A stretch of 53,261 nt of DNA, taken from the NCBI GenBank assembly GCA_050945815.1, contig JBMNTQ010000001.1:1-53261 (forward strand). Direction: 5' to 3'. Below, piece by piece: positions 1 to 11,300 of this stretch. How positions within the stretch are numbered: position 1 is the first letter of the stretch; each line of letters starts with the position of its first letter. The notes under the pieces were generated by a model that worked only from the letters and a program-made list of their open reading frames with translations, was not told the origin of the DNA and did no database searches. Position numbers and translations under genes: made by a program. The stretch is from Christensenellales bacterium. GTDB taxonomy: Bacteria > Bacillota > Clostridia > Christensenellales > JBMNTQ01.

Positions 1-25
1 TATGCGCCTGGGCGAGAAGGCTGCC

Positions 26-55
26 TTGACGTAAAAAGCGGCAGGACTGTATAAT
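26..55 (+). promoter_or_regulatory. sigma-70-like promoter (TTGACG, 18-nt spacer, TATAAT) for the PHP phosphoesterase gene
   Basis: TTGACG at 26-31 and TATAAT at 50-55. The first ATG of the tracked ORF (54) lies inside the -10 box, so the transcript probably starts near 62. Confidence 0.5.
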
Positions 56-113
56 GCAAGCAGTGTCTTGGGCTGAGCTTGCGCTAGTTTCGAAAAACAG
101 GAGGAGTAAGACT

Positions 114-857
114 TTGAAAATACCGATTGATACTCATACCCATTCGATTTGCGGCGGCCATGCGTTCAGCACTTTGGAGGAGATGGTGTGCCGAGCCAGG
201 GAAAAGGGGATTGAGATGTTTGCGCTGACGGAGCATACGCCGTCTATGCCTGACGGGGCGTATATCTATTTGTTTAATAATTTGGAGTTTATTCCGCCGT
301 ATGTGGATGGGGTTCGGGTGTTGCGCGGCGCGGAGTTGAATATATTGGACTTTGAGGGGACTGTGGATTTGCCGGAGAAAAACCTGAAAAAACTGGAGTT
401 TGTGGTAGCCAGTATGCATGATGCCTGCATTGAGCCGGGTAGCCAGGAGCAGAATACGGCGGCGATGGTGGGGGCGCTGCGTAATCCGTATGTGGATGTT
501 ATTGGACATCCGGGCAGCCCTCAATATGAGCTGGATGTGGAGGCTGTTGTGCTGGAGACCCTTCGGCAGGGTAAGTTGGTGGAGGTCAATAACCATTCGT
601 TTTTGTATCGTGCGGGAAGTGAGGAGACTTGCCGCACATTTATCCGTCTGTGTAAGCGCTATGGGTTGCGTGTTGCAGTGGCCAGCGATGCGCATATCAG
701 CTTTGAAGTCGGTGAGTTTACTGCGGCGCTAGCGGTTCTGCAGGAGGAGGAATTTCCCGAGCAGCTTATTGTTAATGCCAGCCGATCGCGCTTTGAGCAA
801 TATCTGCAGGAGAGGACTGCGCGGATTGAACGGACTAAGGAGAGGCAGAGGGAATAG
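114..857 (+). CDS. PHP-domain phosphoesterase, YcdX-like
   Basis: IDTHTHS metal-binding start, HPG and SDAH motifs, and colinear resemblance to E. coli YcdX. In-frame TTG at 114 is preceded by GGAGGAG at 100-106. The track ORF begins at 54, but that ATG overlaps the -10 box. Confidence 0.85.
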   Translation: MKIPIDTHTHSICGGHAFSTLEEMVCRAREKGIEMFALTEHTPSMPDGAYIYLFNNLEFIPPYVDGVRVLRGAELNILDFEGTVDLPEKNLKKLEFVVASMHDACIEPGSQEQNTAAMVGALRNPYVDVIGHPGSPQYELDVEAVVLETLRQGKLVEVNNHSFLYRAGSEETCRTFIRLCKRYGLRVAVASDAHISFEVGEFTAALAVLQEEEFPEQLIVNASRSRFEQYLQERTARIERTKERQRE

Positions 858-1080
858 AGAGGCTGGGATAGACAGCGGATTCGTGGGATAAGATGCAATT
901 TTCTGTTTCCATGGCAGGTGGGAGATAGTATAATAAAGGCAGGTTTGGACTGGGGCCTTGGACGGATGAGGTAGGGGAACACTTCAAGCTGGAGCTTGCG
1001 AACAGGCATGATGCGGAGGCGGCAAGAGGAGCAAGGGATTGTGTTGGGGAGGTTGGCTATCTTTGGGCATTTGAGACGAA

Positions 1081-1374
1081 ATGCAGGGGATGGCTGCCCA
1101 AGTATTGGACATTTCGGCGGCGCAAATGAGCGATGGGGCGCACGTTGAGTATGATTTGGAGGGCGATAGCCTGTTGAGCTTTTCTTTTTTAACCAAAGTC
1201 GAAGAACATTATGGTATACTGATCGGAGAAGCGGATGATGGCGCTTGTTTAATGGTGCAGGATAGGGTTGTTTTGAGTAAAGAAAAATGCAGGAAAAGTA
1301 GAATGAAGGGCCGTCGGATGCCCCTTTGCGGCAGAATGATGGGACGATTTCTGCTTCCTAAAAGAAAAGGATGA
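1081..1374 (+). CDS. acyl/peptidyl carrier protein-like small ORF (putative phosphopantetheine attachment site)
   Basis: The sequence VLDISAAQMSDGAHVEYDLEGDSLLSFSFLTKVEEHYGILI fits the carrier-protein helix I-loop-DSL-helix II pattern, with Ser30 at 1168-1170. The ORF ends 8 nt before the next gene. Weak points are the short N-terminus, a weak RBS and an unusual basic C-terminal tail. Confidence 0.4.
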   Translation: MQGMAAQVLDISAAQMSDGAHVEYDLEGDSLLSFSFLTKVEEHYGILIGEADDGACLMVQDRVVLSKEKCRKSRMKGRRMPLCGRMMGRFLLPKRKG

Positions 1375-1381
1375 GTGTTTC

Positions 1382-2605
1382 GTGAATAGGATTACCAGAT
1401 TTGAGGATTCTAGAGAATACCTGATGTTGAAGCAGCGGGTGGATTCCATGAGCGATTTGATTGATGCCGTAGGGAATCCCTATTTTATCGCCCATGATTC
1501 GCCCCTGAAGGATACGTCTATCATGAACGGAAAAGAGGTGATCAACCTCGGGTCGTACAACTATCTCGGCTTTTCCGGCGATCCGGAGACTGTGGAGGCT
1601 GCTTGTGAGGCGACGCATAAATACGGTACGTCTGCCAGCGGCAGCCGTCTGTTGGCCGGGGAGAAAACTTTGCACAAGGAATTGGAACGGGAGATTGCTA
1701 AGTGGAAGCACACAGAGGACGCTATCGTTATGGTGGGCGGGCATTCTACAAATGTGACGTTCGTGGGGAATTTTTGTAACAGCAATGATTATATATTATA
1801 TGATGCTATTTCCCACAACTCTATTATTCAAGGCTGCCAGCTTTCCCGCAGCAAGAGCAAGCCGTTTCCCCATAACAACTTTGAAGGCCTGGAGCATATT
1901 CTGCGGCTGAACCGGGACAAGTATGAAAAGATCCTGTTGGTTGTAGAAGGGGTGTACAGTATGGACGGCGATATTGCTCCGATTCCTGAATTTGTGCGCT
2001 TGAAGAAAAAATATGACCTGTTTTTGATGGTGGATGAGGCGCATTCGGGCTGTGTGATCGGCGAGAATGGCGGCGGCGTAGACGAATACTTTGGCTTAGA
2101 GCCCGATGATATTGACATTAAAATGGGTACGCTGTCTAAGGGCCTGGGCACATGTGGCGGCTATTTGGCGGGTAGCCATGCTTTGATTGAATACCTGCGC
2201 TATAGCAGCCCGGGCTTTGTTTTCTCCGTGGGTATCAGCCCGCCCTTGGCTGCGGCCTCTTTGAAGGCGCTGGAGATCATGCAACGGGACAACTCCAGAG
2301 TGTCTGCATTGCACCGGAACATTGAACTGTTTGTCGGCGAGGCGAAAAAGCGCCGCATGAACATCTGCTTGGCTGGAGAAACCGCCATTATACCGGTTTT
2401 AATTGGGACGGATGAGATGGCGTTTCAGTTGAGCATGGAAATGCAGCAGGAAGGGGTTTTTGTGCCGCCGGCGGTTTATCCTGCGGTGCCGCGGGGACAG
2501 GCGAGGCTGCGCTATTGCCTGACCTCTGACCATAAGCCGGAGCAGATTATGTATGCCTTGGATTTGCTAGAGCGGCATATGAAAAAAGAGGGTCTGCTGG
2601 ATTAG
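1382..2605 (+). CDS. PLP-dependent alpha-oxoamine synthase family acyltransferase (BioF/Kbl/serine palmitoyltransferase-like)
   Basis: NYLGF, GTSASGSRLLAG, SMDGD, VDEAHS and GTLSKGLG (PLP lysine) motifs in the canonical order. GTG start; 407 aa. Confidence 0.9.
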   Translation: MNRITRFEDSREYLMLKQRVDSMSDLIDAVGNPYFIAHDSPLKDTSIMNGKEVINLGSYNYLGFSGDPETVEAACEATHKYGTSASGSRLLAGEKTLHKELEREIAKWKHTEDAIVMVGGHSTNVTFVGNFCNSNDYILYDAISHNSIIQGCQLSRSKSKPFPHNNFEGLEHILRLNRDKYEKILLVVEGVYSMDGDIAPIPEFVRLKKKYDLFLMVDEAHSGCVIGENGGGVDEYFGLEPDDIDIKMGTLSKGLGTCGGYLAGSHALIEYLRYSSPGFVFSVGISPPLAAASLKALEIMQRDNSRVSALHRNIELFVGEAKKRRMNICLAGETAIIPVLIGTDEMAFQLSMEMQQEGVFVPPAVYPAVPRGQARLRYCLTSDHKPEQIMYALDLLERHMKKEGLLD

Positions 2606-2692
2606 ATTGAAATAGTAGCGGCTGGATCGAGCCCTATTTGGGTAAGGGCGGCCGCATTTTTCTTGAATGAATGGAAAGGTTGGGTGGCTTTT

Positions 2693-3682
2693 GTGAGCAT
2701 CTTGGTCAGCGGCGGTTCGGGCTATATTGGCAGTCATACGGTAAGGCTGTTGCGGGAGCAGGGCCGGGAGGTTGTGGTGTTGGACAATCTCTCCACGGGA
2801 CATCGGCGTTCTGTACCCGACGGTGTTCCTCTGGTGGAAGCGGATATTGCCGACGGGGACGCTGTGGCTGATGCTGTGCGGCGCTATGGCGTGGACGGCG
2901 TGGTACATTTTGCGGCGAACAGCTTGGTGGGTGAATCTATGCAGGAGCCGCATGGATATTATCAGAATAATGTGGCCAAGGGTATTGCTTTTTTAGGGGC
3001 TTTGAAGAAGGCCGGCGTTTTGAGGATGATCTTCTCTTCTACATCGGCAGTTTATGGGGACAGTGAGGTTTTGCCTATTACGGAGGATTGCGCTTTGCGG
3101 CCTTCCAATGTTTATGGGCGTACTAAGCTGATGATGGAACAGATTTTGCAGGACTTTGACCGGGCCTATGGTATGAAATATTGCGCGCTGCGTTATTTCA
3201 ACGCTGCTGGTGCTCATCCTTCCGGGGAAATTGGCGAGGACCATGGAAAAGAGACGCACTTGTTGCCGATTATTATGCAGGTGGCGCTGGGAAAACGGGA
3301 AAACCTGACGATATTTGGGGCGGATTATCCGACGCAAGACGGGACCTGCGTGCGGGACTATATTCATGTATGTGATTTGGCCGCTGCCCATTTGCTGGCG
3401 TTGGAGCACCTGGAGCGGGGCGGCCGCAGCAGAATATTCAACCTGGGTAATGGCCGGGGCTTTTCTGTTCGGGAGGTGGTGGAGACGGCGCAAGAGGTGA
3501 CCGGACGGATGATTCCTGTTGTGGAGGGGCTGAGGCGCAGCGGCGACCCGGCTATTTTGATTGCCGGGGGCGGCAGGATTGAGAAAGAATTGGGGTTTGC
3601 ACCGCAGTTTACCAGCTTGACGGCTATCTTGGAGACTGCGTGGCGCTGGCATAGCAGCTATCCGGAAGGATATGGGGATTGA
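2693..3682 (+). CDS. galE: UDP-glucose 4-epimerase
   Basis: ILVSGGSGYIGSH Rossmann motif at the N-terminus, YGRTK catalytic YxxxK, and DYIHVxDLA. GTG at 2693 gives the N-terminus typical of GalE. The tracked ORF extends to ATG 2663, which lacks an RBS. Confidence 0.88.
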   Translation: MSILVSGGSGYIGSHTVRLLREQGREVVVLDNLSTGHRRSVPDGVPLVEADIADGDAVADAVRRYGVDGVVHFAANSLVGESMQEPHGYYQNNVAKGIAFLGALKKAGVLRMIFSSTSAVYGDSEVLPITEDCALRPSNVYGRTKLMMEQILQDFDRAYGMKYCALRYFNAAGAHPSGEIGEDHGKETHLLPIIMQVALGKRENLTIFGADYPTQDGTCVRDYIHVCDLAAAHLLALEHLERGGRSRIFNLGNGRGFSVREVVETAQEVTGRMIPVVEGLRRSGDPAILIAGGGRIEKELGFAPQFTSLTAILETAWRWHSSYPEGYGD

Positions 3683-3806
3683 CGGGAACAGAGCGGCCTA
3701 AAAGGCCGGAAGGGGGGAATGGGGGTGCGGCGCTGGGCGCCGGATTGGGGCTTTTATTTGCAATGGAATCATATATATTTAATAATTAAATCAGGAGGCG
3801 GGGGAA

Positions 3807-4673
3807 ATGGAATATGTTTTGATGACGGACTCCAACAGTGAAATTCCCTATACGATGGCAGATGAATATGATATTACTTGTATTTTAATGCAGTATACGA
3901 TTGACGGTGAAGAATACTTTTATGACTTGGGCCGGCATACGGATATCGATCAGTTTTATCAGAGGGTGACTATGGGCGCCGCGGTGAGCACGGCCCAACG
4001 TAATCCGCAGGATTTCGTAGATTTCTGGAGACCGATGCTGGAGGCTGGAAAAGACATCCTTTATATCGCGTTTTCTTCTCAGCTCAGCGGGACCTATAAC
4101 TGTGCGCTGATGGCGCGGGAAGAGGTTTTGGCCGAGTTTTCCGAGCGACGGGTGGAGATTGTGGATACGCTGGCTATCTCTTTTTGTGAGGGGCAGCTTG
4201 TGTATCAGGCTGCGCAGATGCGCAAGGCAGGCAGCAGCCTGGACCAAGTGCGGGACTGGGTAGAGGAGAATAAGCAGCACGCTATGGCATATTTTATGGT
4301 AGACAGCTTGGTTTACCTAAAGCGCGGCGGCCGGGTTTCGGGTACGGCGGCGGCCATGGGGACGTTGCTGGACATCAAGCCCATGTTGCATGTGAGCGCC
4401 GAGGGGAAGCTGGAGCCTGTGGAAAAGCTGAAGGGGCGCAAAAAAGCGATCAAACGGATGGTGGAGATGCTGAGGGAGAAGCGGGTGGATGAGAGGTATC
4501 CTGTGGCCATCAAGCACGCGGTATGTGAGCAGGATGCGCAGGCAATTCGGCAAGAACTGGAGAAGCATTACAGCTTTCCGGAAATCTTTATTCATCCGAT
4601 CGGCCCGGTGATCGGTTCGCATGTGGGGCCGGGGACACTGGCGTTGGTTTTTATGGGACAGGAGACAAGATAG
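3807..4673 (+). CDS. DegV family fatty-acid-binding protein
   Basis: Typical DegV length (288 aa) and N-terminal ILMTDSNSEIP pattern, with GGRVS near the C-terminal domain. GGAGG RBS upstream. Confidence 0.88.
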   Translation: MEYVLMTDSNSEIPYTMADEYDITCILMQYTIDGEEYFYDLGRHTDIDQFYQRVTMGAAVSTAQRNPQDFVDFWRPMLEAGKDILYIAFSSQLSGTYNCALMAREEVLAEFSERRVEIVDTLAISFCEGQLVYQAAQMRKAGSSLDQVRDWVEENKQHAMAYFMVDSLVYLKRGGRVSGTAAAMGTLLDIKPMLHVSAEGKLEPVEKLKGRKKAIKRMVEMLREKRVDERYPVAIKHAVCEQDAQAIRQELEKHYSFPEIFIHPIGPVIGSHVGPGTLALVFMGQETR

Positions 4674-4859
4674 GCTGCGGCGAGACCGGTTCGACCAGAA
4701 CGGCCGCGCAGATGCGGAAAAAGAGAGCATGCTTCGAGAGGAGATGCTTCTTTTTCTGTGTGAGCAGGTCTTGTTTTAGGGAGGCGGCGGGGGATTATCA
4801 AAAGCAGATGTTGAAGAGGGGGAGAGATGGAGAAAATTGCGGAAAAATAGCGACCTTAT

Positions 4860-4898
4860 TTTACATATACTTTACAATGGTTATATTTACTCTTCACA
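4860..4898 (+). promoter_or_regulatory. Pho-box array (TTTACA / TTTACA / TATATT / TTCACA direct repeats at 11-bp phasing)
   Basis: Hexamers at 4860-4865, 4871-4876, 4882-4887 and 4893-4898, each separated by 5 nt. The array ends about 50 nt upstream of the pstS start. Confidence 0.55.
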
Positions 4899-4950
4899 TG
4901 CACATGATAAATTGTAGTAGAAAGTTAAAGACACAAAAAGGAGACTTAAG

Positions 4951-5832
4951 ATGAAGAGAATACTTATATCCTTGGCGCTTGTTCTAATGATGGTAGTATC
5001 ATTGGCAGCCTGCGGAGCGGGTGGAGACGCTGAGAGTAGCCCGTCAACTTCAGCTGCGAACGGGGCCCCTGAAGAAGAATTGCCCAGTGGAAAGCTGGCA
5101 GTGGTTGGCTCGACTTCGGTATCTCCTGTGATAGAGAGTATTGTTGCTAAGTATAGCGATGTAAACCCCAACCTAGAGATTGAAATCCAGGCTGTAGGCT
5201 CCAGCGCCGGCATTGAAGCGGCTATCAACGGCAGTGCGGATATCGGCATGGCTTCTAGGGATGTGAAGGAAGAAGAATTGGCCGAAGGGCTTGTGGCGAC
5301 GGAAATTGCGCTGGACGGTATTGCGGTTATCGTGAATACGGAAAATGAAGCGTCGGACTTGACCACCGAACAGGTACAGAAAATATTTAAAGGCGAGATC
5401 ACAAACTGGAAAGACGTTGGCGGCGCGGATGCTGAAATCACCGTAATTTCCCGTGAAGAAGGTTCGGGTACCCGGTCGTCTTTTGAGGAACTGTTGGACT
5501 TGGTAGCCGATGATAATTCTTCTCTGGTATCGGAGCGCGCACTGGTACAGGAAGGCACTGGCGGTGTGAAAGCCGGCGTGTTCGGTAACCCCAATGCGGT
5601 TGGCTACATTTCTCTGGGCATGATGGACGACTCTGTTAAGGCAGTAAGCGTTGACGGCGTTGAAGCGACCGTGGAGAATGTGCTTGACAAGAGCTATGGA
5701 GTTATGAGGCCTTTCTTGGTGGTAACTAAAGGAGAGCCGGCCGGAAACGTTAAGGTGTTCCTCGACTATGTCTTGAGTGATGAAGCTCAAGTTCTGGTGG
5801 AAGAGGAAAGCTACATTCCGGTAAATAAATAA
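4951..5832 (+). CDS. pstS: phosphate ABC transporter substrate-binding lipoprotein
   Basis: Signal peptide ending LAACG, GSTSVSP and SREEGSGTR motifs of the PstS family, and position first in the pst operon. Confidence 0.9.
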   Translation: MKRILISLALVLMMVVSLAACGAGGDAESSPSTSAANGAPEEELPSGKLAVVGSTSVSPVIESIVAKYSDVNPNLEIEIQAVGSSAGIEAAINGSADIGMASRDVKEEELAEGLVATEIALDGIAVIVNTENEASDLTTEQVQKIFKGEITNWKDVGGADAEITVISREEGSGTRSSFEELLDLVADDNSSLVSERALVQEGTGGVKAGVFGNPNAVGYISLGMMDDSVKAVSVDGVEATVENVLDKSYGVMRPFLVVTKGEPAGNVKVFLDYVLSDEAQVLVEEESYIPVNK

Positions 5833-5863
5833 ATGGTTCATACACTGAATTTCTGAAGCGGCA

Positions 5864-5885
5864 GCCGCCTTGTGAGCAAGGTGGC
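5864..5885 (+). other. intercistronic stem-loop between pstS and pstC
   Basis: GCCGCCTTG-tgag-CAAGGTGGC forms a 9-bp stem with one G-U pair. No U-tract follows, so it is more likely an mRNA-stability or partial-termination element than a full terminator. Confidence 0.4.
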
Positions 5886-5924
5886 TAATGCTATCAAAGA
5901 TCCTTTGGGGGAAAGGGGAAATTT

Positions 5925-6788
5925 ATGAAAGCGAAGAGTATGCGGGAAAACAGCATGAAATATGTGTTTTTGATCAGTGCTCTTTTTTCCATAGTGGCCA
6001 TCGCTATAATTTGCTTTTACATATTCTATCGTGGTGTGCCTGCAATATTTGAGATCGGGCTGGGGAACTTCCTGATGGGGACAAAATGGAGCCCAAGCAG
6101 CGGAACCTTCGGAATATTTTCTATGATTGTCGGCAGCTTGTATGCGACATTGGGCGCAGTGGCCATTGGCGTGCCGACCGGGATTTTTGCGGCGGTCTTT
6201 CTGGCGGAATTCTGTCCTCAGTGGCTGTATCGGCTGATCAAGCCGGTGGTACAGCTATTGGCCGGAATTCCATCTGTTATCTACGGCTTTTTTGGACTGG
6301 TGGTAATCGTGCCTTTTATTCGAACCCATATAGGCGGCGCGGGCAATAGTTTGCTGGCGGCGATCATTATTTTGGCTATTATGATACTGCCGACCATTAT
6401 CAGCATCAGCGAGGCTGCCCTGCGTGCGGTGCCTCGTTTATACTATGAGGGTGGACTGGCCCTAGGGGAGAACCATACCGGGTCGGTGTTTCGGCTGGTG
6501 TTGCCGGCGGCTAAATCCGGGGTGGTGACTTCGGTGATCCTAGGCATTGGACGAGCCGTTGGGGAGACTATGGCGGTGATACTGGTGGCGGGGAACACAA
6601 CGCTGGTGCCTACGGCGCTGACCGACAGTATCCGGACGATGACCGCTGGAATTGCTATGGAAATGTCCTATGCTTCCGGATTGCATCAGCAGGCGCTGTT
6701 TGGAATTGGTGTGGTATTGTTTGTTTTCATTATTCTGCTGAATGTTGCTTTGAACTTTGTGAAGCGGAAGGCGGGTGATGGCTCGTGA
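5925..6788 (+). CDS. pstC: phosphate ABC transporter permease PstC
   Basis: Multi-TM protein with the EAA-like loop (SEAALRAVP) and operon position. Confidence 0.9.
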   Translation: MKAKSMRENSMKYVFLISALFSIVAIAIICFYIFYRGVPAIFEIGLGNFLMGTKWSPSSGTFGIFSMIVGSLYATLGAVAIGVPTGIFAAVFLAEFCPQWLYRLIKPVVQLLAGIPSVIYGFFGLVVIVPFIRTHIGGAGNSLLAAIIILAIMILPTIISISEAALRAVPRLYYEGGLALGENHTGSVFRLVLPAAKSGVVTSVILGIGRAVGETMAVILVAGNTTLVPTALTDSIRTMTAGIAMEMSYASGLHQQALFGIGVVLFVFIILLNVALNFVKRKAGDGS

Positions 6789-7612
6789 GAGGGATAAAGA
6801 ATGGTTTTTTGCGCGCGTTTACCTATTTTGCCGCAGTTTTAACCACAGGGACACTGGTATTTATTGTGGGGTATATTGTTATAAATGGTATTGGGAATAT
6901 CTCGTGGGAGTTTTTGACCACACCCTACAGCAAGGAGACCGGCGGCATTCTGTCTATGATTGTGACTACGCTGTATATGATCGGGATTTCTTTGATAATT
7001 GCGGTGCCCATCGGGATCTTTACGGCGATTTACCTAGTGGAATATGCAAAGCGGGGCAGTAGGCTGGTTTATTTTGTGCGCTTGGCAGCGGAATCGCTTG
7101 CTGGCATTCCTTCGATTATATTCGGGCTTTTCGGCTTGCTGTTTTTCGTAACGGCCTTAGGGTGGTCGTGGAGTTTGTTGGCCGGCGCCTTGACCCTTTC
7201 GATCATGGTGTTACCCACGATCATCCGTTCCACCGAGGAGGCGCTTAAAGCGGTGCCGGATGCTTATCGCGAGGGGAGCTTTGCCTTAGGTACGGGGAAA
7301 TTACGTACGGTTTTCCGAATTATTTTGCCCAGCGCTGCGCCGGGAATTTTAGCGGCGGTGATTCTAAGTATTGGCCGCATTGTGGGCGAGACAGCAGCGG
7401 TAATCTTGACGGCGGGGACTGTCGCAAAGATTCCCAGCTCGCTGATGCAGTCTGGCAGAACCCTTTCGGTGCATATGTATTTGCTGGCTAAAGAAGGGAT
7501 TGATTTTGGGCAGGCTTATGCGACGGCGCTGGTGCTGATTATAATTGTGGTGTTGATTAACTCTCTGACAAACTTCTTCGGAAATAAGTTTAACAGGAGC
7601 GATACGAAATGA
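6785..7612 (+). CDS. pstA: phosphate ABC transporter permease PstA
   Basis: GTGA start/stop overlap with pstC, multi-TM protein, and [12 protein letters not shown] loop. Confidence 0.9.
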   Translation: MRGIKNGFLRAFTYFAAVLTTGTLVFIVGYIVINGIGNISWEFLTTPYSKETGGILSMIVTTLYMIGISLIIAVPIGIFTAIYLVEYAKRGSRLVYFVRLAAESLAGIPSIIFGLFGLLFFVTALGWSWSLLAGALTLSIMVLPTIIRSTEEALKAVPDAYREGSFALGTGKLRTVFRIILPSAAPGILAAVILSIGRIVGETAAVILTAGTVAKIPSSLMQSGRTLSVHMYLLAKEGIDFGQAYATALVLIIIVVLINSLTNFFGNKFNRSDTK

Positions 7613-8364
7613 AGACTAGATTTTCCTTAAAAAATGTGGACCTGTTTTATGGGGATCAGCAAGCACTGAAAAACATAAATATGGACCTGTATGACAAGAA
7701 GATTACGGCGTTTATCGGGCCGTCCGGCTGTGGGAAGACCACTATGCTGAAAACCCTGAACCGGATGAACGACTTGGTGGAGAGCTGTAGGATAACCGGC
7801 AGCATCGAACTGGACGGGCAGGATATTTTCTCGCCGGCTACGGATGTGACGGTTTTGCGGAAAAATGTGGGGATGGTGTTCCAGAAACCTAATCCGTTTC
7901 CTATGAGCATCTATGATAATATCGCGTTTGGGCCGCGGACACACGGCATTAAACGAAAGTCGGAATTAGATGAGATTGTGGAGAAAAGCCTGAAGGATGC
8001 GGCGATTTGGGATGAGGTGAAGGATCGACTCAAGAAGAGTGCTCTGTCTTTGTCCGGCGGACAGCAGCAGCGGCTGTGTATTGCCCGGGCACTGGCGATC
8101 GGGCCGGAGGTTTTGCTGATGGATGAGCCTACTTCTGCGCTGGATCCGATTTCTACGATTAAGATCGAAGATTTGCTGACGGAACTGAAAGAGGATTATA
8201 TGATCGTCATTGTGACGCATAATATGCAGCAAGCGACACGAGTTTCTGAGCTGACCGCTTTCTTTTTGCATGGAGAAGTAATAGAATATAGTCGTACAGA
8301 TGAACTTTTCTCATTGCCCAAGGATAAGAGAACGGAAGACTATATTACCGGAAGATTCGGATAA
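7609..8364 (+). CDS. phosphate ABC transporter ATP-binding protein Confidence 0.95.
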   Translation: MKTRFSLKNVDLFYGDQQALKNINMDLYDKKITAFIGPSGCGKTTMLKTLNRMNDLVESCRITGSIELDGQDIFSPATDVTVLRKNVGMVFQKPNPFPMSIYDNIAFGPRTHGIKRKSELDEIVEKSLKDAAIWDEVKDRLKKSALSLSGGQQQRLCIARALAIGPEVLLMDEPTSALDPISTIKIEDLLTELKEDYMIVIVTHNMQQATRVSELTAFFLHGEVIEYSRTDELFSLPKDKRTEDYITGRFG

Positions 8365-11300
8365 GGAGGAAGCTATCATGACAAGAAATGCTTTTGAACA
8401 GTCTTTGAAAAAGCTGCATGATGATCTGGTGACTATGGGGAACATGGCTGAGGAAGCCATTGATAAAGCAATCTGCGCTTTGATAAACCAGGATAAGGAG
8501 ATGGCGGAGGAAGTGGCGCACCTGGAGAAAACAGTGGATGCTATGGAGAAGAGCATAGAGAGCCACTGTTTGAAGCTGTTGTTGCAACAGCAGCCTGTTG
8601 CGCGGGATTTGCGTGCCATTTCTACGGCTCTTAAGATGATAACGGATATTGAGCGTATCTGTGATCAGGCGGAGGATATCGTGGAAATTTCTATGCGTAT
8701 GTTTGGACAGACCTATATTAAGGAACCCAAGCATATAATGGAAATGGCGGGTGTTGCGCGGGATATGCTGACCAAGAGCATAGACGCTTACATTTGCCAG
8801 GATGTGGAGTTAGCGAAAAAGGTAATTGAGATGGACGACGTTGTGGACAATTTATTCAACACCATCAAGGAAGAACTGTCGGATTTGATGATTAAGGATC
8901 GGACTAATTTGGATCAGGTGATTGACTTTTTGATGATTGCGAAGTATTTGGAACGTATTGGAGACCATGCTGAGAACATTGCGGACTGGGTTATTTTCTC
9001 TGTGACCGGCGTGCATAAAGACGAAAGGATTATGTAGAGGGCTATGGCAAGCACTGTTTTTCTTGTGGAAGATGATGAAAATATCCGCGAATTGATTCGG
9101 TATGCTTTAGGGTCGTCGGGGTTTGAGGCGGAGTGCTTTGAAACGGGGGAAGCATTTTGGGACCATGCGCAGCAGCATACGCCGGACTTGATTCTGCTGG
9201 ATATTATGCTGCCCGGCATCAGCGGGATGGACCTGTTGCAGCGGATACGCAATGATAAGCAGCTTTCCGTTGTGCCTGTCATCTTTATTACGGCAAAGGG
9301 TACGGAAGTGGATAAAGTGGCTGGCTTTGAGATGGGCGCAGATGATTATATTGTGAAGCCTTTCGGTGTTTTAGAGCTGATTGCTCGGGTAAAGGCTGTG
9401 CTGCGCCGGGGCGGGAAGCCTGTTACCGGACAGCGGCTGCAATTTAAGGACATTGAGATGGATAGCGGCAGCCGGGAAGTGTTTAAGGGCGGCAAGAAAA
9501 TTGAGCTGACCTTGAAGGAATACGACCTGCTTACCTGCTTCTTGGAGAACAAGAACAGGGTTTTGACCAGGGAACAGCTTTTGGAAAAAATATGGGGCTA
9601 TGATTTTACCGGGGAGACTCGGACTGTGGATGTACATATCAAGACACTTCGGCAAAAAATCGGAGATAATTCTGCTAACCCGATCTATATTTCGACTGTG
9701 CGCGGCATAGGTTATAGACTGAGTATGGATGAGGGGTAAGCTATGAAAAAGAGGATGATATTCTTCATTATGTCGATGATGCTGGTGGGCTTGGTGATTG
9801 CAGCGGTGATTACGCTAAGCGCCGTGCAGCAGCGCTTTTTGGAGGAGTCTCGGACTCATTTAGAGAGGAACATGGACCTTGTTATGTCGTCTTTGCCGGC
9901 GCAGGGCAGCTATGATGGGCTGGCAAAACAGAAGGCTGAGGTGTTGGGTAACGATACTCAGATTACCATCTTAAGCCAGGAAGGCGGGGTTTTGGGGGAT
10001 TCTCAGGTTGACAATCAGACGGCTGAGGAGCATCTGGAGCGCAAGGAAGTGCGGGAGGCGCTGGCTGGCAGCTTGGGATGGGAAGTGCGCTACAGCGACA
10101 CGCTGGGCAGCGATAGGTTATATGTAGCGAAGGTTTATGAAAATGGCGTGATAGCTCGGCTTTCTGCGCCATTCTCTTATAAACCGATTTTTACAATGGA
10201 TATTCTGCCTTCGGCTGTTTTTGCCGGTATTGTTGTATTGGTGATCGGCCTTTTGCTGACGAAGCCGCTTTTGAAACATATGCTGCGGCCTTTCTACCGG
10301 CTGGAGGTGTTGCTGACTAAAGTGATTGACGGTGTTGCGCTGGATATTCCCGAACCGGTTTATCCGGAATTGAAGCCGGTGGTGGACCGTTTAAACGATG
10401 TGGCGGATCATATCAGCAGCTATATTCGCTCGATCCGTCGGCAGACCGATAAGATTGACAGCATTGTCCAGCATATGCAGGAGGGCCTGATTATGCTGGA
10501 TGGAGAATATCGTGTGCTTTTAAGCAATGATGCAGCGAAAAAGCTGTTGAATATTGATAGTGATTTAAATGGGCAAAACTTCTTGCAATTGATGCGTAAT
10601 CGGGAGATTGCCGATGGGCTAAGCCGTACGATGCAGGAGAATGAGCCGGTGGTGCTGGAGGCCTCGATGCGGTTTGACCGGCCGGATATGCTGCGGATTT
10701 TTATCAGCCCGGTATGGGATAGAGACGGTGCGATTCTGTTTTTAAGCGATATTACCGAAATGAAGCGGGCAGAGAATGTGCGCCGGGAATTTACTGCCAA
10801 TGTTTCCCACGAACTGAAAACGCCCCTGACTACTATCAAGGGCTTTGCGGAATTGCTGTCGGAGAACATGGTGGGCGATGAGCAGGATCGCAAGAAATAT
10901 GCTATTTTGATTCGGCTGGAGGCAGAGCGGCTGATTCATTTGATTAATGATATTTTGCGTATTTCAGAGCTGGAGGAGACCAGCATTGCTACCCATCCTA
11001 CGGCTGTAGATCTATATGCTTCTGCTCGGGAGGTTTTGGAGCTGATGGAGGAACAGGCACAGAAGCGTGGCATTTCCCTGCGCCTTGTGGGGCAGCCGTT
11101 GTTTGTAGAGGCAGACTGGGATTCCATTAAGCAGTTGATCTTGAACTTGGTGGACAATGCCATCAAATACAACCGGGAGCAGGGGGAAGTGGTGGTTTCG
11201 GTGGAAGAGCAGGGTGGGCATGCCTGCCTGGCCATTGAGGATACAGGAATTGGAATTCCGGAGCAATATCATGATCGGATTTTCGAACGCTTTTACCGGG